Assembly: GCA_017450885.1 (NCBI GenBank)
Contig: JAFSSR010000076.1
Location: 1 to 61,426, forward strand
Source: Clostridia bacterium
GTDB lineage: Bacteria > Bacillota > Clostridia > Oscillospirales > CAG-272
Reading direction: 5' to 3'
DNA: 61,426 nt
A program made the position numbers and the translations under genes. How positions within the stretch are numbered: the stretch's first letter is position 1; every line of letters starts with the position of its first letter. The notes under the pieces were generated by a model, which did no database searches, was not told the origin of the DNA, and saw nothing but the letters and a program-made list of their open reading frames with translations. Shown here in pieces: positions 20,169-30,482 of the stretch.

Positions 20169-21158
20169 TTATTGCCGGGAGGCTTCTTCTATTTGACCGA
20201 GTATGCTTCTTACCTCGTCGGGGTCTTCGGTGGCGTTGATGCGCAGCCGGGCGGAGGCGGCGCCGCGCAGACCGAAAAGATACCAGCCGAGGTGCTTGCG
20301 CGCCTCGCGGACCCCCGCTTTTTGACCGAGCCACGCGACGAGGGCGTCAAAGTGGCGCAGGGCGGCGGCTATGCGTTCCGACGGCGAGGGCGGGATATAC
20401 TCCCTGCCGTCGAGACGGGCGCGCACGGCGGCGAAGATCCAGGGCGAGCCGCAGGCTCCGCGCGCGATGGCGAGCCCGGCGCATCCGGTATATCCGAGCA
20501 TTTTTACTGCGTCGTCCGGGGTATTGACGCCGCCGTTCCCGAGGACCGGGACGGAGACGGCGTTGACGGTCTCGCGTATGACGTCGAGATCGACGGGAGG
20601 CGCGTACATTTGAGTTTTTGTCCTTCCGTGTATACAGAGCAGGGAGGCGCCGTTCGCTTCGAGGACACGGGCAAACTCCGGGGCGTTTACGCTGTCTCTA
20701 TCCCATCCGGCGCGGAATTTGACGCTGACCGGGCAGGGCGCGGCGTCCGTGACGGCGCGGACAATGCGTCCGGCGAGGGCGGGATCGCGCATGAGGGCGC
20801 TCCCGTCGCCGCTTTTTACCACCTTTGCGACGGGACATCCCATGTTGATATCTATCATTTCCGGGCGGAAGCGGTCGAATAATTCAGCCGCCGACTCCGC
20901 CATGATCGCGGGATCCGAGCCGAATATCTGTATCGCGGCGGGACGTTCGCTGTCGGACAAAAGAGCCAGCTCCGCCGTCTTTTTGTCCTTATAATGCACC
21001 GCCTTCGCCGAGACCATCTCGGTGGTCACGAGGTCGGCGCCGTGTTCGATACAGATCGCGCGCATGACGCGGTCGGTAACGCCCGCCATCGGAGCGAGCG
21101 CCAGCGGGACGCGCCCGCCGGAAAAAAGAGATCCGATTTCAAAACGTTTGTTTTCCAT
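20169..21158 (-). CDS. dusB: tRNA-dihydrouridine synthase (DusB-like)
   Basis: LAPMAGVTD, INMGCP and TIM-barrel FMN motifs (IHGRT), with a C-terminal helical domain. Confidence 0.9.
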   Translation of the reverse strand: MENKRFEIGSLFSGGRVPLALAPMAGVTDRVMRAICIEHGADLVTTEMVSAKAVHYKDKKTAELALLSDSERPAAIQIFGSDPAIMAESAAELFDRFRPEMIDINMGCPVAKVVKSGDGSALMRDPALAGRIVRAVTDAAPCPVSVKFRAGWDRDSVNAPEFARVLEANGASLLCIHGRTKTQMYAPPVDLDVIRETVNAVSVPVLGNGGVNTPDDAVKMLGYTGCAGLAIARGACGSPWIFAAVRARLDGREYIPPSPSERIAAALRHFDALVAWLGQKAGVREARKHLGWYLFGLRGAASARLRINATEDPDEVRSILGQIEEASRQ

Positions 21159-21259
21159 GTCTGTATTATACTATATCTTGCTTTTGTTTTCAATACCGCG
21201 CCGCAGATAAGGCGAGACGTTCTTTACCGCGCTTGCGAAAAGATATAAGGGATTTCTCA

Positions 21260-21288
21260 TTGACTGATAAAATAATGTATGATATAAT
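21260..21288 (+). promoter_or_regulatory. Sigma-70-type promoter of the glycyl-radical enzyme gene
   Basis: TTGACT (21260-21265), a 17-nt spacer, then TATAAT (21283-21288). Confidence 0.55.
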
Positions 21289-21335
21289 ATACTGGTTAAC
21301 AGAACGCACACGAGAATCGTTTTCAAGGAGCAGCA

Positions 21336-23639
21336 ATGAAAAACTACCGTTCAAACGAGGAAAAATTCGAGCTTTCGCCGCTGATGGAGTCGGAATACGC
21401 GGTCGTGCGCGCCCGTATGAAGGATTGGGACGCGCGTGAAATGACGCGCACCGGTCCAGAGCCTGACGGGAAAGAGCCTTTTTTGGAGGCTTTTGAAAGC
21501 ATGCCCGACGAGCCGTATATCATCTGTCTCGCGCAGGGTATCGCCGACTCGTGGACGGAGTCCCCCGTGCTGCTCGACGAAGACGATATCCTCTGCGGAT
21601 ATCAGCGTCCGCGCAGACTGCTTTTCGAGCATTTCGCCTGGGGCATCGAATACGATACCTATCCCTTCTCCTACAGCGACGTATATAAAGGCAGGGAAGA
21701 GGAGATGAAAGCGCGGATCGAGCGGCAGAAGGAGCGTATGTTCCCGATGGACTTCGAGCACCTTGAAGCCGAGGGCAGACGTATGTTCGGACGCGAGCTC
21801 TACGAGAAGATGGAGGGGCTGTGGAGCCCCGGAGGATACCAGGGGCACACCGTTCCCGACTATTTCCGTCTGCTCGACCGTGGCATAGGCGGTATGCTCG
21901 AGGAGGTCCGCAAGTACGCGGCGAACACCGCCGATCAGAAAAAACTCGATCTGTACCGCGCGATGGAGATCATCCTTTACGGTATGGAAAAGCATATGCT
22001 CATCTACGCCGAAGCCGCCGAGAAGAAGGCGGCGGGATGCGGCGGCGAAAAGGCGGAGCGTTTCCGCGCGATAGCCGCCAACTGCCGCAAGGTCTCTCAC
22101 GACAAGCCGGAGACGCTCTATCAGGCGGCGCAGCTCGTCTGGTTCTTCTCGCTCTGGGACTGGGTCGACTGCGTGGGCAGGCTCGATCAGTACCTGTGGC
22201 GTTTCTATGAGAAGTCGCTTGCCTGCGGGGATCTGTTCTCCTGCGAAGATATAATGACCTCCCTTATCTTTAAATTCATGGAGCACGGAGTTCACAACAT
22301 CCCGCTCGGCGGCGTCAAGCCGGAGGACGGGACCGACGCGACAAACGATCTGTCGTTTATGGTCCTGCAGATCTGCCGCGCGCTCCACACCACCCACCCG
22401 CGCCTTGTCGCCCGTATACACAGGAATTCTCCCGGGGAGTTCATGGCGCTGGTCGTCAAAATGTGGTCGGAGGGTATGTCCGACCCGACGCTCGCCTCCG
22501 ACGAGCTCATAATAGAGGGACTGCGCGGATACGGCGTGTCGCTTGAGGACGCCCGCAGCTACGCCACCCTCGGCTGCCAGGAGATCGAGATCCCCGGAAA
22601 GAGCAATTTCGGATGCGAGGACGGACTTTTCAACCTCGCAAAGGTCTTCGAATACACCATAAACGACGGCGCAGACCGCTTTACCGGACTGCAGTGCGGG
22701 CTTCACACCGGGCGTCTTTGCGACTTTGGGTCGATGGACGATCTGTGGGACGCCTTTATCAAGCAGATGAAGTACTTCACCGAGAGGTTCATAATTCTCT
22801 GCAACAAGGGGCAGGAGATCCGCGCGGCGAACGTTTCAAAGCTGGTCAAGTCGATATTCACCGACGACTGCATCGCGCGCGGACTGCACCTCGACGAGGG
22901 CGGATCGGTGTACAATTACGGGGTCGTCGAAACGGCGGGATCGTCCGCCGTCGCCGACTCGATGGCGGCGATAGACAAGCTGATGTTCACCGAAAAGGCG
23001 ATCTCTCCCGAGACGCTCGAGGCGGCGATCGCCGCCGACTTCGAGGGGTACGAAAAGGAGCGTCAGATGCTTCTCGCCGCCCCCAAATTCGGCAACGACG
23101 AGCCTCTCGCGGACGGCTACGCCGCGCGCATCCTCGACGCCTTCTGGACCGAGATAGGCAAATACCGTTCGGTCCGCGGCGGGGTTTTCACCGGAGCATG
23201 CTCGCTGCTTTCGGGCGGCATCCACTACGGCAGGATGACCTGGGCTATGCCGGACGGAAGGCACAAGGGCGAGGAGCTGGGCAATACGATAGGCCCGCGC
23301 ACCGGCGCGGACAAGGACGGGCTGACCGCCATGCTCAACTCGGTGGAAAAGCTCCCGCTGAAGAAGGGGATAGGCGGCACGACGGTGAACGTCCTCATAC
23401 CGACGGAGATAACGAAGACCCGCGAGGAGAGGGAAAAGATAGAGGCCCTGATGACCGCGTATATGCTTAACGGCGGACAGATGGCGCAGATCACCACCGC
23501 CAACCGCGACGAGATGATCGACGCCCAGTCGCATCCCGAAAATCACGAAAATCTGATAGTCCGCGTCGGCGGCTTCAGCACGCGCTTTATCGAGATGGGC
23601 AGGTCGGGTCAGAACGAGGTCATAAAGCGTTATTCCTGA
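21336..23639 (+). CDS. Glycyl-radical enzyme (PFL-like superfamily, Cys-x-Glu type); substrate unknown
   Basis: The C-terminal glycyl-radical loop LIVRVGGFSTRFIEM and the mid-protein thiyl loop TLGCQEIEIPG. 767 aa, with RBS aaggag 6 nt upstream of the ATG. Confidence 0.8.
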   Translation: MKNYRSNEEKFELSPLMESEYAVVRARMKDWDAREMTRTGPEPDGKEPFLEAFESMPDEPYIICLAQGIADSWTESPVLLDEDDILCGYQRPRRLLFEHFAWGIEYDTYPFSYSDVYKGREEEMKARIERQKERMFPMDFEHLEAEGRRMFGRELYEKMEGLWSPGGYQGHTVPDYFRLLDRGIGGMLEEVRKYAANTADQKKLDLYRAMEIILYGMEKHMLIYAEAAEKKAAGCGGEKAERFRAIAANCRKVSHDKPETLYQAAQLVWFFSLWDWVDCVGRLDQYLWRFYEKSLACGDLFSCEDIMTSLIFKFMEHGVHNIPLGGVKPEDGTDATNDLSFMVLQICRALHTTHPRLVARIHRNSPGEFMALVVKMWSEGMSDPTLASDELIIEGLRGYGVSLEDARSYATLGCQEIEIPGKSNFGCEDGLFNLAKVFEYTINDGADRFTGLQCGLHTGRLCDFGSMDDLWDAFIKQMKYFTERFIILCNKGQEIRAANVSKLVKSIFTDDCIARGLHLDEGGSVYNYGVVETAGSSAVADSMAAIDKLMFTEKAISPETLEAAIAADFEGYEKERQMLLAAPKFGNDEPLADGYAARILDAFWTEIGKYRSVRGGVFTGACSLLSGGIHYGRMTWAMPDGRHKGEELGNTIGPRTGADKDGLTAMLNSVEKLPLKKGIGGTTVNVLIPTEITKTREEREKIEALMTAYMLNGGQMAQITTANRDEMIDAQSHPENHENLIVRVGGFSTRFIEMGRSGQNEVIKRYS

Positions 23640-23658
23640 ATGAAGATACGATATTACC

Positions 23659-23720
23659 GACGTCCGCGGCGCAATTCGGTTTTTTACCGAAAAAAACGCC
23701 GCGGATGTCCTTATTTTTTT
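23659..23720 (+). terminator. Rho-independent terminator after the GRE gene
   Basis: 13-bp stem gacgtccgcggcg / cgccgcggatgtc with 1 mismatch, followed by cttattttttt. Confidence 0.7.
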
Positions 23721-23730
23721 AATATTTTTA

Positions 23731-23759
23731 TTGACATTGAAAAAATACTGTAGTATAAT
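23731..23759 (+). promoter_or_regulatory. Consensus sigma-70 promoter of the liv-type ABC operon
   Basis: TTGACA (23731-23736), a 17-nt spacer, then TATAAT (23754-23759). Confidence 0.6.
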
Positions 23760-23819
23760 AATTCACAAGTTTTTAATGCTTTAACTCAATAGCATAATAA
23801 TTTTTCGGAGGATAAAACA

Positions 23820-25040
23820 ATGAAAAAGATAGTTGCATTACTTCTCGTTCTTGTCATGGCGTGCGCGCTCTTCGCGGCATGCGGTGAGAAGAAGAGCGAA
23901 GGCAGTCAGAGCGACAAGCCCGCGGGCGAAGTAAAGCCTTTCGTCATCGGCGGCATCGGACCCCTCACCGGAGGAGCGGCCACCTACGGCAACGCCGCGA
24001 AGAACGGCGCGGAGATAGCCGTTGAAGAGATCAACGCTCTCAAGGGCGACGTCCAGTTCACCCTTTACTACGAGGACGACGAGCACGACCCCGAAAAGTC
24101 TCTCAACGCCTACAACACCCTTAAGGACAAGGGCCTGCAGATCCTGCTCGGCACCGTCACCACCTCTCCCTGCATCGAGGTCTCGGCTCAGGCTAACGCC
24201 GACCGTATTTTCGAGCTGACTCCTTCCGCTTCCTCCACCGACGTTCTCGGCGGCTTTGAGGACGAAAGCGGAAACATCACCATCGCAAGAAAAGACAACG
24301 TGTTCCAGATGTGCTTCACCGACCCCAACCAGGGCATCGCGTCCGCTGAATACATCAAGACCAACAATATCGGCACAAAGGTCGCCGTCATCTACAAGAA
24401 CGACGACGCTTATTCCACCGGTATCTATCAGAAGTTCATCTCCCAGGCCGCAAAGGTAGGTCTCGAGGTCGTTTCCATCACCACCTTCACCGCCGACACC
24501 GCTACCGATTTCTCGGTACAGCTTGCCGACGCGAAGAACAACGGCGCTGACCTCGTCTTCCTTCCCATCTACTTTGAGCCCGCTTCTCTTATCCTCGCTC
24601 AGGCGAACAGCATGGGCTACGAGCCCGCCTTCTTCGGCGTCGACGGCATGGACGGCATACTGACCATGAAGAACTTCGACGTCTCTCTCGCCGAGGGCGT
24701 ATTCCTTCTTACCCCCTTCTCCGCCGACGCGGAGGACGAGCAGACCAAGAACTTTGTCTCTACCTACCAGAGCAAGTTCGGCGAGATCCCCAACCAGTTC
24801 GCGGCTGACGGTTACGACACCGTTTACGCTCTCTACAACGCGATCAAGAAGGGCAATCTCACTTCCGATATGACCAACGCCGAGCTCTGCGAGAAGCTGA
24901 TCGGCATCTTCACCTCCGCCGACTTCAAATTCGACGGTCTGACCGGCTCCGGAGTGACCTGGGCCACCACCGGCGAGGTCTCCAAGGCTCCTAAAGCGGT
25001 CGTTATCAAGGACGGCGTTTACGTCGGCTACAACGGCTGA
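23820..25040 (+). CDS. Branched-chain amino acid ABC transporter substrate-binding lipoprotein (LivJ/K-like)
   Basis: Lipobox LFAACG. Type-I periplasmic-binding-protein pattern (GGIGPLTGGAATYG...). It is the first gene of the livHMGF-like operon. Confidence 0.85.
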   Translation: MKKIVALLLVLVMACALFAACGEKKSEGSQSDKPAGEVKPFVIGGIGPLTGGAATYGNAAKNGAEIAVEEINALKGDVQFTLYYEDDEHDPEKSLNAYNTLKDKGLQILLGTVTTSPCIEVSAQANADRIFELTPSASSTDVLGGFEDESGNITIARKDNVFQMCFTDPNQGIASAEYIKTNNIGTKVAVIYKNDDAYSTGIYQKFISQAAKVGLEVVSITTFTADTATDFSVQLADAKNNGADLVFLPIYFEPASLILAQANSMGYEPAFFGVDGMDGILTMKNFDVSLAEGVFLLTPFSADAEDEQTKNFVSTYQSKFGEIPNQFAADGYDTVYALYNAIKKGNLTSDMTNAELCEKLIGIFTSADFKFDGLTGSGVTWATTGEVSKAPKAVVIKDGVYVGYNG

Positions 25041-25140
25041 TAACCAAAAATAACGTTATGCGGCGGGGTTGCCGGCAAGCGACCCCGCCACGTCTTATAA
25101 TTCGCGTATTCTATCGTTCATTCATACAGGGGATACAGCA

Positions 25141-26022
25141 ATGAATTTTCTTAACAGTTTGATCGGCGGTATCAGCCTGGGCAGTATTTACGCCATCATC
25201 GCGCTCGGCTACACCATGGTGTACGGTATCGCCAAGATGCTCAACTTTGCGCACGGCGACGTTATTATGGTGGGCGGCTACGTCTGCTATCTCGCCATGT
25301 TCAACCTCGGGCTGCCGGCGATCCCCGCCATCCTCATCGCGATGGCGGTATGTACCGTCCTAGGCATCGTAATCGAGGGACTTGCCTACAGACCGCTGCG
25401 TCAGGCGTCCTCTCTCGCGGTGCTCATCACCGCTATAGGCGTCAGCTACTTCCTGCAGAACGCCGCTCTGCTTATCTGGGGCTCCAATCCGAAGGTCTTC
25501 ACCTCGGTCATCAACATACCGGCAAAGAGCCTCTTTGACGGACAGCTCGTCATCAAGGGCGAGAGCTTTGTCACCGTTTCCGTCTGCATCATCATAATGA
25601 TCGGTCTGACCCTGTTCACCCGCTATACCAGGGCGGGCAAGGCGATGCGCGCGGTCGCGGAGGACAAGGGCGCCGCTCAGCTCATGGGCATAAACGTCAA
25701 TTTCACGATCTCGCTCACATTCGCCATCGGCTCCGGCCTCGCCGCGATAGCGGGCGTGCTCTACTGCTCGGCTTATCCGATACTCACCCCGACTCTCGGC
25801 TCCATCCCCGGCATCAAGTCGTTCATCGCGGCGGTGCTGGGCGGCATCGGCTCCATCCCCGGCGCAATGCTGGGCGGCATACTCCTCGGCGTGATAGAGA
25901 TACTCAGCCGCGCCTACATTTCGATGGAGTTGAGCGACGCCATCGTCTTCGGCGTGCTTATAATCGTGCTTCTTGTCAAGCCTACCGGGCTTCTGGGCAA
26001 GAAGATCAGAGAGAAAGTCTGA
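25141..26022 (+). CDS. livH: Branched-chain amino acid ABC transporter permease LivH-like
   Basis: MNFLNSLIGGISLGSIYAIIALGYTMVYG is the canonical LivH N-terminus. Start trimmed from 25069 to the ATG at 25141. Confidence 0.85.
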   Translation: MNFLNSLIGGISLGSIYAIIALGYTMVYGIAKMLNFAHGDVIMVGGYVCYLAMFNLGLPAIPAILIAMAVCTVLGIVIEGLAYRPLRQASSLAVLITAIGVSYFLQNAALLIWGSNPKVFTSVINIPAKSLFDGQLVIKGESFVTVSVCIIIMIGLTLFTRYTRAGKAMRAVAEDKGAAQLMGINVNFTISLTFAIGSGLAAIAGVLYCSAYPILTPTLGSIPGIKSFIAAVLGGIGSIPGAMLGGILLGVIEILSRAYISMELSDAIVFGVLIIVLLVKPTGLLGKKIREKV

Positions 26023-26032
26023 GGTGGCGGCG

Positions 26033-27106
26033 ATGAAGAAACTCAAACCCACCACACGGAGCAATATCTTTACTTACGGTGCTCTGCTGATCATTTTCAC
26101 CGTCGTATACATCCTCAATAACGGCGGCGTGATCTCCAACAATATTTCGGGACTTCTCATCCCGATCTGCGCCTACGTCTGTATGTCGATCTCGCTCAAC
26201 CTGACCGTCGGCATACTCGGCGAGCTCAGCCTCGGACACGCCGGATTTATGAGCGTCGGCGCGTTTTCGGGCGTTATCGCGGCGTCCGCGCTGCGCAACG
26301 TCACCGATAACGGCACGCTGCAGCTTATCGCCGCCATAGCGATCGGCGCGGTCTTCGCCGCCATCGCCGGAGCGATAGTCGGCGTCCCGGTGCTTCGTCT
26401 CAACGGCGACTATCTCGCGATCGTCACGCTCGCCTTCGGCGAGATAATAAAGAACCTGCTCAACAATTTCTATATCGGCGTAGACAATAGCGGTCTCCAC
26501 TTCTCTATGAAGGATACCGCAAGCCTGAATATGGATAAGGGCACGGTCATAGTCAACGGGCCGATGGGAGCGGTCGGCATACCCAAGGTTTCTACCCTGA
26601 TCGTCGGCTTTATCCTGATACTCATCTGCTACGCGGCGACCGCCAATATCACCAACAGCCGCACCGGACGCGCAATAAAGGCGATCCGGGACAACAGGAT
26701 CGCGGTCGAGAGCGTCGGTATCAGCGTTGCGAAGTACAAGCTGATGACCTTCGTCACCTCCGCGGCGATGGCGGGGATGGCGGGCGCGCTCTATGCCCTC
26801 AACTACACCACCATCACGCCCAAGAAGTTCGACTTCAACACCTCGATCCTTATACTCGTCTTCGTCGTTCTCGGCGGAATAGGCAACGTGCGCGGCGGCA
26901 TGATCGCGGCGACGGTGCTGGTCGTCCTTCCCGAGCTCCTCCGCGCGGTCAAGGATTACCGTATGCTTATGTACGCCGTGGTGCTCATACTCGTTATGAT
27001 CTTCACCAATAACCGGAAGGCGCGCGGACTGATAATAGATCCCGCGAAGAAGCTCTTCGGCAAGCTGATACCGAAGAGAGGGAAGGGAGGCGACGCTAAT
27101 GGCTAA
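26033..27106 (+). CDS. livM: Branched-chain amino acid ABC transporter permease LivM-like
   Basis: Polytopic membrane protein with the LNLTVGILGELSLGHAGFMSVGAF motif. Start trimmed to the ATG at 26033. Confidence 0.85.
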   Translation: MKKLKPTTRSNIFTYGALLIIFTVVYILNNGGVISNNISGLLIPICAYVCMSISLNLTVGILGELSLGHAGFMSVGAFSGVIAASALRNVTDNGTLQLIAAIAIGAVFAAIAGAIVGVPVLRLNGDYLAIVTLAFGEIIKNLLNNFYIGVDNSGLHFSMKDTASLNMDKGTVIVNGPMGAVGIPKVSTLIVGFILILICYAATANITNSRTGRAIKAIRDNRIAVESVGISVAKYKLMTFVTSAAMAGMAGALYALNYTTITPKKFDFNTSILILVFVVLGGIGNVRGGMIAATVLVVLPELLRAVKDYRMLMYAVVLILVMIFTNNRKARGLIIDPAKKLFGKLIPKRGKGGDANG

Positions 27107-27953
27107 AAACGAGACCAAGATGGTACCTTTCCCGTCGAGGGCGATAGTACCGGAACGCGACCTCGGCAAGACGCCGGTGCTCGAGTGCATCCATCTGGGC
27201 ATCGAGTTCGGCGGACTCAAGGCGGTCGACGACTTCAACCTGATAGTCGGAGCCACCGAGATAGCCGGGCTTATCGGACCCAACGGCGCGGGCAAGACGA
27301 CCGTCTTCAACCTGCTTACCAAGGTCTACCAGCCCACCCACGGGACCATGCTGGTCCAGGGGCGCGAGACCAACGGCTTGAGCACCACGCAGGTCAACCG
27401 CATAGGCGTCGCGCGCACCTTCCAGAACATAAGGCTTTTCAATTCGCAGACGGTCGAGGAAAACGTCATGATCGGTCTGCACAATCACCTGAAGGGCGGC
27501 CTGTTCTCCGATATGTTCAGGCTCCCGACCTACTTCAAAAGCGAGAAGAAGGCGCACGAGCGCGCGCTCGAGCTGCTCGACTTTTTCGATATGGCGGATA
27601 TGGCGAACTATAAAGCCGGGTCGCTGCCGTACGGAGCGCAGCGCAGACTTGAGATAGTCCGCGCCCTTGCCACCGATCCCTGCATCCTGCTCCTCGACGA
27701 GCCGGCGGCGGGCATGAACCCCTCCGAGACGGAGGACCTTATGAACAACATCCGCAAGATCAGGGACGAGCTGAAGATAGCCGTCATGCTGATCGAGCAC
27801 GATATGAAGCTGGTCATGGGCATTTGCGAGGGCATATGCGTTATGAACTACGGAAAGGTCATCGCCAAGGGCACGCCCTCCGAGATCCAGTCCAATCCCG
27901 CGGTCATAGAGGCGTACCTCGGCTCCCACAACGACTCAAAGGAGGAAAAGTGA
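27099..27953 (+). CDS. livG: Branched-chain amino acid ABC transporter ATP-binding protein LivG-like
   Basis: Walker A GPNGAGKTT, a signature-like LPYGAQRRLEI and Walker B LLLDEPAAG. Confidence 0.9.
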   Translation: MAKNETKMVPFPSRAIVPERDLGKTPVLECIHLGIEFGGLKAVDDFNLIVGATEIAGLIGPNGAGKTTVFNLLTKVYQPTHGTMLVQGRETNGLSTTQVNRIGVARTFQNIRLFNSQTVEENVMIGLHNHLKGGLFSDMFRLPTYFKSEKKAHERALELLDFFDMADMANYKAGSLPYGAQRRLEIVRALATDPCILLLDEPAAGMNPSETEDLMNNIRKIRDELKIAVMLIEHDMKLVMGICEGICVMNYGKVIAKGTPSEIQSNPAVIEAYLGSHNDSKEEK

Positions 27954-28660
27954 TGGCATTGCTCAAGGTATCTGACATCCACGTTTCATACGGAAGCATC
28001 CGCGCCATCAAGGGGATATCCTTTGAGGTCAACGAGGGTGAGATAGTTACGCTCATCGGCGCGAACGGCGCCGGCAAATCGACCACGCTGAACACCGTAT
28101 CGGGACTGCTCCGTCCCACCGAGGGGACCATCGAGTTCGACGGAAAGGTGATAAACAACCTCCCGGCGCACAAGCTGATCCCTCTGGGGATAGTGCTCTG
28201 CCCGGAGGGACGCCGCGTGTTCTCCCATATGACGGTCGAAGAAAATCTCGATATGGGCGGGTACACGAAGTCCAAGCAGGAGAACAAGGACTCGCTCGAA
28301 ATGGTCTACGAGTATTTCCCCCGTCTGAAAGAGAGACGCAGTCAGTCGGCGGGCACTCTTTCGGGCGGCGAGCAGCAGATGCTCGCCATGGGCAGGGCGC
28401 TTATGTCCCGTCCCCGCCTCATGATGCTCGACGAGCCGTCTATGGGCCTCGCGCCGATACTGGTCGATCAGATATTCGATATAATCAAGACTCTGCATAA
28501 AAACGGCTCCACCATACTTTTGGTCGAGCAGAACGCGTCCGCCGCGTTGAAGATCGCCGACCGCGCCTACGTTCTCGAGACCGGACACATCACCAAATCC
28601 GGCACGGGGCAGGAGCTCGCGCAGAGCGACGACATCCGCAAGGCTTACCTCGGCGGCTGA
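27954..28660 (+). CDS. livF: Branched-chain amino acid ABC transporter ATP-binding protein LivF-like
   Basis: Walker A GANGAGKST, LSGGEQQMLA and MMLDEPSMGLAP. Start trimmed to the ATG at 27954 (TGATG junction with livG). Confidence 0.9.
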
Positions 28661-28673
28661 CGAAAAAACGAAA

Positions 28674-28706
28674 GAGAAACGGGTCAAACGTCCGTTTCTC
28701 TTTTTT
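28674..28706 (+). terminator. Rho-independent terminator after the liv operon
   Basis: gagaaacgg / ccgtttctc stem followed by tttttt. Confidence 0.75.
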
Positions 28707-28710
28707 CGTC

Positions 28711-28738
28711 TTGATTTTTTATCGGTATTTGGTATAAT
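28711..28738 (+). promoter_or_regulatory. Sigma-70-type promoter upstream of the MBL-fold gene
   Basis: TTGATT (28711-28716), a 16-nt spacer, then TATAAT (28733-28738) preceded by TGg (extended -10). Confidence 0.5.
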
Positions 28739-28773
28739 ATAAATAATAAATATCAGAAGACGGCGGGAGGAGT

Positions 28774-29670
28774 ATGGAAAAGCGTTCGAAGCGCGCGGCG
28801 GTCCGCGTGACAAAAGACACGGCTATAGTCCTCGCCGTTATACTCGCCGCCCTGCTCGTCTGGTATTTTATCGACGGTCAGACGGGCGGTCAGGTCCCCG
28901 CCGGGGAATGTGAGATCACCATGATCGACGTCGGTCAGGGCGACGCCTTCCTGCTCCGCAGCGGGGACAAGACGGTGCTTATCGACATCGGCCCGGTGAG
29001 CGGAAGGGAAAAGCTGGACGCCTTTCTCGCCGGCGCGGGAGTGGGCAGGATCGACTGCATGATACTCACCCACCCGCACGAGGATCACATAGGCAACGCG
29101 CACTACATTATAAAGAACTACACGGTCGCGCGGGTCATGATGCCGGACGCGACGACCAATACGTACTGCTTTGAAAAGCTGCTCCGCGCGGCGGACAACG
29201 CCGGGCTTGAGATAGAGGTCCCGGAGACGGGCGACGTTTACGAGATAGGGGAGATGAAATTCACCGTCCTCTTTGCGCCGTCGGAGGTCCCGGAGGACGA
29301 CCTCAACCTGTACAGCCCGATAATACGCCTCGACTTCGGCGGCGTTTCGGCTCTCTTCACGGGCGACGCCGAGAAGTGGAACGAGGCGGAGGCGATCAAA
29401 CGCGCGGGACCGCTGCTCGACTGCGATATACTCAAGGTCGCGCACCACGGCTCGGATACGTCGAACAGCGAGGAATTCATCGCCGCCGTGTCGCCCGCCG
29501 TCGGGCTCATCTCCTGCGAGAAGGGCAACGAATACGGGCATCCGCACGCAAAGGCGTTAAAAACTTTCAAAAAATACGGGGTCACGCTTTACCGCACCGA
29601 CCGCGAGTCGACCGTCACCGTGGCGATCGACGGCGACGGCTTCCGGAAGGTCGATAAAAAAGCGGGCTGA
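28774..29670 (+). CDS. Membrane-anchored MBL-fold metallo-hydrolase (ComEC C-terminal-domain-like)
   Basis: N-terminal TM, DVGQGDAFLL and ILTHPHEDHIGN metallo-beta-lactamase motifs, and VAHHGS. Confidence 0.8.
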   Translation: MEKRSKRAAVRVTKDTAIVLAVILAALLVWYFIDGQTGGQVPAGECEITMIDVGQGDAFLLRSGDKTVLIDIGPVSGREKLDAFLAGAGVGRIDCMILTHPHEDHIGNAHYIIKNYTVARVMMPDATTNTYCFEKLLRAADNAGLEIEVPETGDVYEIGEMKFTVLFAPSEVPEDDLNLYSPIIRLDFGGVSALFTGDAEKWNEAEAIKRAGPLLDCDILKVAHHGSDTSNSEEFIAAVSPAVGLISCEKGNEYGHPHAKALKTFKKYGVTLYRTDRESTVTVAIDGDGFRKVDKKAG

Positions 29671-29681
29671 AAGGAGAAAAA

Positions 29682-30392
29682 ATGGGAATTATCGTAGCAA
29701 TAGGCGGCGGAGAGACCGAAAAGGGCGAGACCATTAAGATCGACAAAAACATAATCCGGATGTCGGGCAAAAAGCATCCGCGTCTGCTCTATATCTCTAC
29801 CGCTTCGGAGAGCGAGCCGAAGTGCTCCGCTCCGATGATAGCGCATTTTACCGACCTCGGCTGCAAGGTGTCGCACCTCAACCTCATCCTCGACAACTTC
29901 ACCGACGAGGAGATCCGCCGCATGATCCTCGACGAGGACGTCATCTACGTCGGCGGCGGCGACACGATACGCCTCTATCACGTTTTCCGTTCGCTCCACG
30001 TCGATCAGTATCTGCGCGAGGCGTACGACAACGGGGTCATCCTCTCCGGAGCCAGCGCGGGGGCGATGATCTGGTTCTCCTACGGGCACACCGACAGCCT
30101 CGCCTACTACACCAAGGACTGGCACTATACCCGCATACCCTGCCTCGGCTTTGTCAAGGCGCTGCTCTCTCCTCATTTCGCGCCGCACCGCAAGGTGCTC
30201 ATGGACAAGATGTACGAGGAGGGCGAGTCCTTTCCGGGCGTCGCGCTCGAGAACCGCACCTGCATAGTCATACGCGACGGCGTTGCCACCCCCTACCGCG
30301 ACGATCCCGACGCAAAGGTGCATATCTACTATCCCACCGCCTCCGGCTACAGGATCTACTATCCCGAGGACGGCGAGAAATTCGACCTCTGA
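29682..30392 (+). CDS. Peptidase S51 (peptidase E-like) family protein
   Basis: IYVGGGDT and SGASAGAM nucleophile-elbow motif, with a class-I glutamine amidotransferase-like layout. Confidence 0.75.
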   Translation: MGIIVAIGGGETEKGETIKIDKNIIRMSGKKHPRLLYISTASESEPKCSAPMIAHFTDLGCKVSHLNLILDNFTDEEIRRMILDEDVIYVGGGDTIRLYHVFRSLHVDQYLREAYDNGVILSGASAGAMIWFSYGHTDSLAYYTKDWHYTRIPCLGFVKALLSPHFAPHRKVLMDKMYEEGESFPGVALENRTCIVIRDGVATPYRDDPDAKVHIYYPTASGYRIYYPEDGEKFDL

Positions 30393-30482
30393 ATATTCAT
30401 ACCGTGTTCACACATTCATCAGATAAACGGTATATAATATATCTTAATTAAAGCAAATCACGAACAGATCACGGAGAAAGAT

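Noticed and set aside
23755-23775. A Rex-box half-site (ttcacaa) upstream of the liv operon.
   Set aside because: Only one half-site is present and no TTGTGAA partner sits at the right spacing, so this is probably chance.
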